64,000 nucleotides of DNA. Origin: Saprolegnia diclina VS20. Its lineage: Eukaryota. The DNA lies in the NCBI RefSeq assembly GCF_000281045.1, contig NW_008246116.1, positions 288,255-352,254 of the forward strand, read 5' to 3'. A program made the translations under genes and the position numbers. Below, piece by piece: positions 36,816-47,654 of this stretch. The number at the start of each line of letters is the position of its first letter. Position 1 is the first letter of the stretch. The notes below the pieces were generated by a model. That model ran no database searches. It saw only the letters and a program-made list of their open reading frames with translations, and was not told the origin of the DNA.

Positions 36816-38963
36816 ATGAAAGGACAATTTCTTCCATCGAAGGTTAAGGCGCCGACGAAACACAGAGCATTTCGAGTTCGCATGCGGCGCGAGAGTAGCA
36901 TTCGGACGCCCACCGAGGGCGACTACGCGCAGCCGACGTACCTCGATGACAAGCCCGACGTCACGGTGTACCGCGAGTCCGACATGACAGCGCGCGAGTC
37001 CATCATGGACGAGCTGCCGGCGATTCGCCTCACGCACAACGAGTCGGCGCGGAGTTTCAAGGGCCGCTACCGGGTACTGGCGTTGTATCTCCGCATGGTG
37101 TTCACGCTGCATGGCATTAGGTGTGGCCTGGTGTCCTCCTCCTTCTCGGGCTCACGGCCGTCGCCGCGGTGCTCATGGTCTACTTTGCCGACCAACAGCG
37201 CACGTCGATGCTCGATATCCGGCTCGCGGTTCAGATGCGCGAGTACAAGATGCGTCAGATCGACACGGGCTTGACGTCGGGGTCGGGCGCCGGCTTGCCG
37301 CCTCTGGTTGATACCGACGGGACCGTCAACAACCCCCAAGTGTACCCACCGCAGAGTACGCGCCTCTTTGATTGTGCAATGTGGCGATACTTCGATTTCT
37401 AGCGTGCAAGCTGCCCAACTATGTGAGCAAGAACAACAAGATTTACGCGGTCGCGCCCAATGGCACGGAAGTTCCACTGGGGATCAAGGGTCTCAACTGG
37501 TACATACTCGAATGTTGCGAATAATTGGCATTTGATTTCGGACTCTAGGTTTGGCATGGAAACGTAAGCTTCGTTGCGCCCTTTATTCCTCGATAGCACT
37601 GGCATTGATGGCGCACGCTTACTAGTGGGCAAGCGATTCCGTTTGGTCTCTGGACCAACGACAAGAACGGCACGACGGCGGTACGCTCCCACTTTTGAGT
37701 TTCAAATTATCGACTTGATACAAATCCTGTAGTTTCAAGTGGCCGAATTCCTCGTGACCAACAAGATCAATAGCATTCGACTGCCCGTGTGCATTCAGAG
37801 CATCGTCAACAACATCCAGCCGAACAAGAATCTCATCAACTCGGCCGAGAACCGCGCGCTGGACGTGTCGTCGTATATGGCGCTGCTCAAAAGCATCATT
37901 TCCACGCTCGCGTACCGTCGCATTTCGGTGCTTATTTCACTGCATACGCTCACGCCAACCGACTCGGGCGGCGCGTGGTTCAGCGACGCGGTCCCTGTCG
38001 AGATGGTGCGTCGCGTTCGATTTCATTATTCTATTATTTCGCATTTTTGATGTTTTTCGATCGCATTAGTTTATGACAGCGGTCGACCTGCTCACAACCA
38101 ACCTCTGCAACGACAAGTACTGGAACATCATTGGCCTTGATGTCAAGAACGAGCCGCACCTCTCGACATGGGGCGACGACGGCCCCAAAGATTTCCGCAA
38201 CGGCGCCACCGACATTAGCCACCGGATGCTCAAAGGCTGCCCCAACTGGCTCGCGTTTGTCGAAGGAATTGTCAACATGGGCCAACCCGTCTCGTTCAAC
38301 GGCGTCGCCATGACGTACAACGACTGGTGGGGCGGCGGTCTCCAAGCAGCCGGCGCCAAGCCCGTCGTGCTCAACACCGCGCACAAGGTATGTCACCTTA
38401 ACTTCTTGTCCATCATAACCGACGTCGGGGGTAGGTGGTGTACGCGCCGCACTATTACACCCCTGCCGTGTACCCCCAAGCGTATCTCTACGGCGGAGGC
38501 ACATCTGGGCCGGGCGGCATCATCACCAAGTACGTTTCTTTCCATATCGACGCGACGAAGACACATCAACGCTAGCTACGTCGAGCTCTCGGACGCCGAC
38601 CTCCGACTGCGGGTTTCGGGCACCATGGAAGTCATGTTTGGCCACTTGGCCAAGACCCATGACGCAGCGATCGTCCTCGGCGAGTTTGGCGGCCTCTACG
38701 CCTCTGACGCGCACCCACAGCGCACCACCAAGCGCTGCACCGACTATACGATCGAAGCGATGTTGCAACCGGGCTACTCGGGCGGGTACGTCTGGAGCTT
38801 GAACCCCGAAAGCGCATACCAGTTCAACCCCGCGGACGTCGCGGGCACGTTCACCGAGGGCGTTGTCCAGATCGACTGGCGTACGGCCAATCTACCCTTC
38901 GTCCAAGGCATGCAGGCCATGGACGCGCTCGCAGACCTTCGGCTCTTTCCGTGCTTTTCCTAA
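36816..38963 (+). CDS. Glycoside hydrolase family 5, type II membrane-anchored; start may be 36882
   Basis: TM VWPGVLLLLGLTAVAAVLMVYF; IKGLNWFGMET, NSIRLP, LDVKNEP, VVYAPHYY, IVLGEFGG, WSLNPES; multiple introns. Confidence 0.92.
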
Positions 38964-39554
38964 GTCCCCAAATTTACTGCATTTCTCTTTACGAAATCAA
39001 AGCTCTTTAGCACAGGTCCATGCTCGTCGTTCAGCTGCAAATGACCCGGACGACGGCAGCGGGCGTCAGAGCACCTGGAGCCTGTCACGCAATGCTCGCC
39101 TGGTGTCGTGTCCGACGACACGAGCTAGCGGACGCACGAGCCATCAGCGAGCGAGTCGACCTTGGATTCTATCTCTGTCCAGTAGCGTGCGTCCGACAGC
39201 CGCACATCGTGCCAACTCGGCTGCTGCTCGTTGCATTTGTTGTTTCAACTTGATATTAAAGTGGATAGATAGATTCTTGATACAGTGCGAGCCACCATGC
39301 ATCGGCCTCCGATGCATCCGCGGCGACCTTGGACGTCTCTCATCCTATTCGCCATGTGCCAACGTCCTTCTGTCAAGCATGCTCGTAGCAATGGGTTGAA
39401 GCCGAGTGCACCGCTGTTGTCTCCGTTGCCTCAACTCGGCATCGTAGTCGCTACCAAGACGACCCTCGACCAAGAGGGACACGCAAGTTTGCGGAGTTAT
39501 GCAGGAGTTAGTAAATTCTCATCACGCGAATACGTGGAATATCGACGTGCGACT

Positions 39555-41252
39555 TTATCGCGGGTCGCACGTGACAAAGCCGAGGTCCGGCATGTCGTTC
39601 ATCTTGGTCGTCGCCGCGAGCTGGTTGGGGTTCGCCGCGCGCCACGTCGAGTCGAGAAGGCCGCCCGACTGCGGGATCGTCGAGTTGGGGCCCGGGTGCG
39701 GCCAGCTCTGGTCCGGGTTGAGCGCGTACCAAAAGCCACCAGCGATCGGCTTGGTGCCACTCGTCATGCGGTTGATGATGCAATCAATGACGCGCGACGC
39801 CGTGCTCTTTGGGTACAGGTCGTCCGTGCCGTAGAGACCTCCAAAGTACGAGAGCACGACCGGCGCCGTCGTCGACGTCAGAATCCCCGTAAACATCTTG
39901 GCCATCGCGTCATCAACCGACGCTTGGAGCGAAGACGCGTCGGGAAACTCCGTGTAGGACGAGAGGAGCGAGAGCCCTTTCGACTCTTTGAAAAAGTAGG
40001 GCTGTGGGTAGAGCGACGGCGTCCAGAACGGCGGCGCGTACACGACCTTGTTGGGCGTCGAGAGCTTGATCGGCGACTGCACCGCCGACGTCAGCGACGC
40101 ACCGGGCCAGTCGGTGACGGTCTTGGCCGCGTCGCCCGAGCCAAACTTGGACGACGTTGTCATGCCCTGGACAAACACGAGCCACTGCGGGCACGCCTTG
40201 AGGATCGCGTTGCCCACTTTGGTCGCAAAGCTGCTCCAGTTGGTCTTGTCGTCGCCGTCCCACTGCCCGGACGCACCCGCGGGCACGTCCTTGACGTCAA
40301 TGCCAACGACGTTCCAGTGCTTGGCGTTGCACATGGCGGTCGCGAGGCCTTGCACGGCGAGCTCGTACTGCGCGAGCTTGACGTTGATGTTCTCCCACCC
40401 GTTGCCCTGCAGGTCGTCCGACGAGTTTCGCAGCGACCAGTCCGTGACCGACCGGTCCGTCTGGTTGAGATCGGCGTCCGACCGCGTGTTAAAGTCAAAG
40501 ACGACCGCGATTTGGAATTGACCGAGGCCTTCTGCGAGCGCCGTGAGCACTTGGATGTAGCGATTCAAGGACGCGAGCGCGCGCTGCGAGTTGGTGTTGA
40601 AGTTGGTCTTGACCATAATGTTGCGCGCCGTTGCATCCACATTGATCGGGAAGCGCACCGCATTGAAGCCATTCTTGGACAAGAACGAGCCGATTTGGTA
40701 CTACAGACCAAAACGCAGTATGAGTGCCACGATCATGCTGTATGGTGGCACACGTACGAGCGTGTTGCCGTCGCGGGCGCCGTCCCAAAGCCCCGTGATC
40801 ACGTGGTCGTAGCCTTCCATGCCACGCCAGTTGACGCCCTTGAACACGAGCGGCTTGTTGCTCGACGGCGTCTGCATGATGATCTGGTTGTTGTTGGTGA
40901 CATAGTTGATTTGCGCGCAGCCCTTGTCGGCGTACTCGGTCGGGTTGGTCACCGATAGCGGCAGCGCCGACGAGTTCGTCGTCGTGCCCGAGCCGTCCGT
41001 GATCGTCGTGCCCGAGCCGTAGATGAGCGCGAGGTCCGCGTTGTTGGGCTGGCGGTTGAGCATGTCCTGGTGCGACGTGACGCCCCAGTAGCTCAGCCCG
41101 CCGATGGCGCCGAGGATACCGACCGTGAGCACAAGCGCGCCGGGCCACACGGACCGACGGCCGCCGAACTTCTGCTTCCGGCGGACGCTCTTGCCGTCGC
41201 CGACGTCGGCGGCCGTCTCGGGCACAGCCATGATATCCTCCGACGGTCGCAT
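39555..41252 (-). CDS. GH5-like type II membrane protein lacking both catalytic glutamates
   Basis: Homologous to the two neighbouring GH5s (VWPG-TM, FKGVNWRGME, FNAVRFP, WYALNPD) but has IDVKDVP and VLSYFGG at the catalytic sites; one intron. Confidence 0.85.
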
Positions 41253-42602
41253 GCTGCTCGTCTGTTGCCGACGTGGAAAATTCGATTCTAATTATTTTAA
41301 TCGCGTCGCACTCTGGTCCAAACGCTTTCTTTTTTTGTTTTGCGTGCGTGCGTCTATGTAATCCGCCTCAGAATAAAATGTTGGAATTAAATGACGCGTC
41401 CGCCTTCTATTTTATGACGCCGATTTGTTCGAATGCGATGTGACTTGCTTTCAGTATGCAAACTTCGAATCGTAGAGGGCCGGAAGAGATCCATACGTTA
41501 ACCAAGTACGCGACCCTGCATAAAAATTGGCGCCGGTACAACCTCTCAAAACGCATATCGCACAGAACACTGCGTCTAATTGGACGCAACCAGTCGAGCT
41601 ACTCGGATTTTTGACGCGATGGCTGATAGAGCAGCAGGAATCTTGGCCCTGCAGAGGTCGGTGGCTTGGTCACGCGATGCGACGCACGGTCAACAACCGT
41701 GCGCGTCGTGCCACACTCCAAATGCAGATATTTCAAGCGGGTTGTTCGAATAATTTCGAGACCTTCTCTCGTTCTGTACTGCGTCGTGACAAGGCGTCCC
41801 GCGCAAATCGCATTGCTTGTTGTAGTGTACATGGGTCCGCAAGGCCACGCAACGCCTTGGCGAAATGTTCCATGTGCACACGTCGTCGTCGTCTCGAGCT
41901 CGCTGAGGGTCGAGGCACTCGCCTTCAAGTTTGAGAACTGGCAAGGTGACTAGCTGCATATATGGAGTGAAAATAGAAAAAGCAACGAGCCAGCAAGTTG
42001 CACAGGATCTCGTCCGAGCTCGCTGCTGAGACCGCATTTGTATCGTGCTGAGTGGAGATTCGTGATGCACTTCAGATATCCGCTCTCGGGTCAGCTGCTC
42101 GGATCGTACACACTGACGCGGTGATGTGTAGCGTGGTTGCGAGATGTCCATCTTTGAGAGTTGGTAGCCGATGAATCTCGCGGACTCGACTTTCGAAAGT
42201 TGCGTGGAAACAGCCTCGCCACCTCACGCGACCTCTGAGATTGCATATCCGCGGGGTCATTGCGGTGTAATGAGCGCCAGAGCCTGTCACGCTGTGGACC
42301 CTGCGACAAGCACACGATCCGCTCCTGTCCAACACCGACCCCTTCCCTTGCTGCATCACGACCAAACCAGTGATTAATAGTTCCTGCACTCTCTTGTTCG
42401 TGGTAAATAGAAGAGGTACGACTAGCATGTAATAAGTCCCCTCTTTCTGCGCTTGCGATACCTGTACATGCGTTGACACGCAAGAAGCTTGCCATGCGCT
42501 GGCACCGTGAGCTAATTTCCCACGGGCGGTATTTCCCACGATGTGGGAAATCCCATCGGCGTGAGACACGTTATCCGGATGTACAGGTTGGATTGAGGCG
42601 CG

Positions 42603-43691
42603 ATGGCGATGGCTTGGACGAGCGCCGCCGACGACCGCCTCGTCGCCCTTGTCGCCGCGCTCGGGCCGCGCTGGAGCACCATCAGTGAGCGCATGGAAAT
42701 AGGTGCGTGGGACGTGCACGGTTGGCTTGGCGTCAAACACGCAACGTAGAGGGCCATCACTGGTCGCGCAAGCAGTGTCGGGAGCGCTACGTCCACCACG
42801 TCGATCCGACGCTCACGACGAGCGCGTGGAGCGACGACGAAGACGCAGCACTGCGCCGCGCCTACGCGCAGTTTGCCGTGGACCCTGCCAAGGTACCACA
42901 AACGTCTGCGACGACACGAGTTGGAATGCACGGGATAGGTGCCTTGGACGCTCGTGGCAGCGGCGCTGCCTCGACGCCGCAGTGTCGAGCACGTGCGCTA
43001 CCGGTGGCAGCAAATGACGCGTCCACGGTGCGCCAAGCGCAAGCGGAATCAGGTACCGTGGAGCGAGAGCGAAGACGCGACGCTCGCCCAACTCGTGGCG
43101 CGGGATGCGCCGTCCTGGCTGCACGTGGCCGCCAACTTGCCGGGGCGCACGGACCTCCAGTGCCGACAGCATTGGAATCAAGTGCTGCAACCAACTCTGA
43201 AAAAAGGCAAGAATACGTGGTCTCCGGAGGACGACGCGCTTCTGCGGGCCAAGGTCGCCGAGCTCGGGTCCGCCTGGACAGAGGTGCGAGTAGTGTCCTC
43301 TCCACCGGACCGTTTGCCATTGCATTCGCAGATTGCCAAGAGCTTTCCTGGTCGACTCGGCAAGCAGTGTCGCGAGCGCTACCGCAACCACGCCGACCCT
43401 TCGTTGACCAAGGTATTTGACGCCACAACCATCGGTGACTTACTTACGTGGCAGGCGCCCTGGACATCCCAAGACGACGATGCGCTGCAAGCTGCGTACA
43501 CGACGTACCCGCAGCAGTGGGCCCGCATCGCCGAGCTTCTGCCGGGTACATTCCTATGTTGATGTAAATGTGCAACACACACACGACACGCAGGCCGCTC
43601 AGAAAATGCGATTAAGAATCACTGGTATGCGCTGCAACCGGCACAGCCAGCGGCGCGACGGACCCGAGCGGACAGCCGTACGCCGCCGTGA
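42603..43691 (+). CDS. Myb DNA-binding protein with five Myb-like repeats
   Basis: Spliced repeats begin WTSAADD, WSDDEDA, WSESEDA, WSPEDDA and WTSQDDD, with KQCRERY, LQCRQHW and RSENAIKNHW recognition helices. Confidence 0.85.
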
Positions 43692-46600
43692 TGCGGGCGT
43701 TGGCGAGAGCCAAAATGTCGTTGAAAATTGCCGGGGTCTGGACGGACGCGCGTCGGAGTCGGCGCAGATGCGTTTCTGCGACATCCAGCCGACGCTGCGT
43801 AATCGCCTTCAAAATGGCGCGCTCGAGATCGGTGTCGTTCTCGACTTCTTCCCTTGTGTCGGACGTTTTTGGTGGTACGTCGATCTGCATTTGTACTGGG
43901 CGAGGCAGCCCGAGCTCGTCCTGGATCGATGGCGGCAGCTCGTCCCAAATACTTGCATCGATCTGGGACAGCGGCGGGGGACTTGGTACACGACGTGCCG
44001 GGCTTGGCGCACGGCGTGGCGGGCTTCGTGTTGGGCGCTTGGGGGGCCGGGGGGGCACCCCCGAGGCCAACGCTGCGGGTTTGCGCTTGACAGAGACGTC
44101 GCGTAGCTGTGCAGGCTTGCGAAAGGTCTGGCGAATCTCTTGCTGAATGGACGGTGGGAGCTCACTTAGGACGTCCGTGTCGATCTGCGAGTAGGAGGAT
44201 GGCCATTGTTTCTCGGGGGCCCCGGTTCTGCGCGACTTTGGGAGCGATGTCAGAATCTCGTCTCGCAGCTCCCGAGGCAGTGTCTCGAGTACGTCGTGGT
44301 CGACCTGGGACAAGGAGAGCGCCAATGGGTCGGGACGTGGGCGTGTCGATGTCGTCGTCGATGGTCGTGGTGGCGTCGGCGTCGTTGCAGGTGGCGGTTG
44401 GGGTGGGGTCTCGATCGCCCGTCGGACCCATTGATCGAGACCGTTTGGTGCAACCGACGGCGGCGCGTCACCCGTACCGTTTGCCTTGCGGAGCTTGGAC
44501 GCTTGGATACCAATGCCGCGAATGTCAGTGCAGACGACGCGAAACTGCTTCCAGAGCGACGTCGCCGCTGCGAGAATGTCGGCGGCATTTGCCGACGGCG
44601 CCGGGAGTCGCGTCGTCTTGCTCACCGTGTCGACGGCGCCACAGCCCAAAAATTTGCCCTAACCACATCCTCGAGTTGAGGTGTACGCAGTCATCGTGTA
44701 CCGGCTCGACAGGAGCACCTTCCTGGCGTGTCTTGACCTTGACCGTCAGACTGCCCGCGACAAAAGCTCCTTTTACAAGGCGGGCCTGGACTTCTTTCGC
44801 GAGCTCAACCACAAACTCGAGCGCGTCCTTGTCCGTATCCAGCCGCACGCCGTAGCTGATCTCGGCCGAGAGTGACTTGGCCACTTGACTCAACTCGAGG
44901 GGCCGGTGGTCTTCACCACGCGCAAATCCCTGCAGCGTCAGTGCCGTCTTGGGACCAACGTGTGGCGTGAGGTCAGTAACACTCCAGCGTTGCAGCTCGG
45001 CGCACGTGGTGATGTGGAGCTCGTCTAGCTTTTGCTGGGTCACGTGCCTACTCAGGGGTTTGGCACACGACACTACGCACTCGACGTACCCGACACCCGG
45101 AAGATCCCGCACCGACAACGGGTCGACGTACACGGCCGCGTCCTTGGCAGCAATCGCAAACACCTTGTCGGGCTTGGCTTGCTTGGTCGCAAGCCTAGGC
45201 ATGCGCCGTTATTGCATGCACTGGTAGAGAGGGCTAGGGGAGGGGTAGGGTACCGGGCCAACAGAATGTTGTGGGCGACTCCAACGCTGGCCGTGCACTT
45301 GGTGTGGTCCCAAATCGCTGCACGAATGGCATGGGCCAGTGCGAGGCCATTTGCGCCTTTGGGGAACTCGAGAAACGCCTCGTCGCAGCTCACGGCGTGG
45401 ACGGCTGGCGTAAACCGGTAAAAGATGCGGTAAACATCGCACGAAATGCGCTCAATGGCCTCGAAATCGTACGGTAGCACGACCAGATCCGGACAGAGGC
45501 CTTTGGCCTACGAGTGAAGCGGATCAAATCACGGGTTCTTGTACCAGGAAATGATCGATACGCGCTCCATAAACATGCCGGCGCGGAGCCCACGCGCGCG
45601 GGCGACGTAGTTGCACGACGAAATTTCCGACGTGCCTTTCTTCTTGGGCTCGTTCGCAGGCTATCGAATAGCAATCGAAGTTGGCTCGAGAGATACGGTA
45701 ATACCTGGGGCGTATCGTGGGACGAGTAGCCCGAGTGCGCGACAGCGACCGGGACAGTCTTGTACACTGGCGGGAGATTGCGCACAGCGACCGAGACAAA
45801 AAAGCAGTCCATGTCGACGTGCAAGATCACGCGCTCGGTGCTCTCGCAGTGCCCGTACTGCGAGGCAACGAATGGCGGCGCCGACGCCATGAGCTCAGCC
45901 GCGTGCGCCTGGAAAAAACTCTTCCACGACCCAATGTGGTGCAGCCGCGAGTTGTCAAAGAAATGACGCACAAAAGCCGGGATACCGTCCCGCGTCGAGA
46001 GTGCACGCGTCGCTTTGGGCGGACTACTGCGCGGCTTGGGCGGACTACTGCGCGGCTTGGGCGGACTAGTGCGTGTCGGCGACGTCGGTGCCTCGGTCCC
46101 CACCGGCGTTTGGGAGACCGACGGCAACGGTGATGCCACGACGGGTGGCAGAGGTGGAATTGGTGGTGTCGGCGGGTGGTCAAGTCGCGGCGTTGGCACC
46201 TTGAAGTGTCCAGATGGTGCTTGGACTTGCGGCGCGAACGGCGGCACTGACGGCGCGAAGGGCGACTGTTGCGATGCTGGCCGCGCGGCAGGTGCGGAGG
46301 TCACGCGAGGTGCTGGTGGCGCGGTAAAAGTAGGCAACGCGGGAGGTACTGGCAAAGTGGTTTGAGCTGGAGTCGTCGCCAGTGGCGCGAGTTGCAGCGT
46401 CTGTTGGCCGACCGCGCGGTAGCCTGCGTACAAGTAGGGCTGCGTCCGGCACACCCGGCCTTTCTCGATGCTGTCGAGGATCCATTTTGGGTGGAGGACG
46501 GGCAGTGGCTTCCGGGCGCGCCTACAAAAGTACGTTGACGAGGCGCTTGCAACAGCGGACGTACAAGAGCTCCTTGAGCTTGGACTCGGCGACGTGCGTT

Positions 46601-46863
46601 GCAATCATGTGGGTGACGCGACTCGTGTGGTACGCTTCGTACTGGCCACCGTGCTGCAAGATGAGCTGGCGCAGCTCTTCTCGCGGCGGCTCGGTGTGGC
46701 CGTTGACAAAGATCACGACGCCGTCCAAGAGGCGGTCGAGCCGCCCGATGCCGTCGTTCTGGCCGCGCAGCTTGCGAATCTTGGACGCCATGTACTGGCC
46801 AAAGCTCAGGTTGGGCGCCTTCTTGCTGAAGAGCGGCGGCGGCGCCTGTCCCGTCGCGTCCAT
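43612..46863 (-). CDS. REV1: DNA repair protein REV1 (Y-family deoxycytidyl transferase)
   Basis: FGQYMASKIRKL plus BRCT (IFVNGHTEP, PKWILDSI); FFDNSRLHHIGSWK (N-digit); ILHVDMDCFFVSV; SCDEAF; SLSAEISYGVR; UBM repeats; C-terminal domain. Confidence 0.95.
46015..46068. repeat. 21-bp tandem repeat (TTGGGCGGACTACTGCGCGGC x2.6) within REV1, encoding SPPKPRS repeats
   Basis: Exact repeat units seen at 46015, 46036 and a partial unit at 46057. Confidence 0.9.
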
Positions 46864-47654
46864 CGTTGTCGATCCGACAAGGGCGCGAGACAGGCTGAGA
46901 TGCTCACTCGCGGCAAAACTCCACAGTTTATCCGGATACATGACAAAACGCCGACTTGGGTTCAAAATTGCATCCGAATTGAGTTTCAGGTCCCAACGAC
47001 AATCGAGTTGCAGATGGCACTTGTCCATCAACGCGCGTCTCGAGGTTGCTGCTGCGTAGGAGGAGCAGCGTCCAGGGCAGACTAAAGTACTCTGCTGCGC
47101 GCGGCATCGAGCTTGAGAGACCAACGTGGTGGTGGTCGAATTCAACAACGGACGCAAAGGCCATGGTCATCGGCTGGTACGAGTTGAGTCGGGGCGAGCG
47201 TAGCGTCTGGGATGCGGTGCGTTTGGCGATCGTCACCGTGCAGCCCAGGAATGACGTCGTCAGCCGCAAGGTTCAGTGACCCAAACATGTCGAGTGGCTT
47301 CCGCTCGAGCCCGTCCACCTAGCGCCCAACCTTGCTACTGACCACGGTAGACAGACAAGAGAATAGCATTTCATCGATCCATCGAGTTGCGCCTCGTAGT
47401 ATCGACTACTAGTACGAAAGCTGCCTGTGACGCCTTAGTCGACTACTAGTACATTTTGTCCGTGTTGAAGAGTCCTTGGTATAGCTAGGTGACGCGGCTT
47501 CCTAATTCATCCGCCGTGACAGACTCGTCCATGAAGACTGCAGTACGATGGGGCACGCCACTCGGTCGAAAGGTCGGGGGTTGCGTTGCGTGCGATTAGC
47601 CCCGGTATTTTTGTAGCGATCTTTTGCAGTTTCTCGCCATTTGGGATTTCACCA

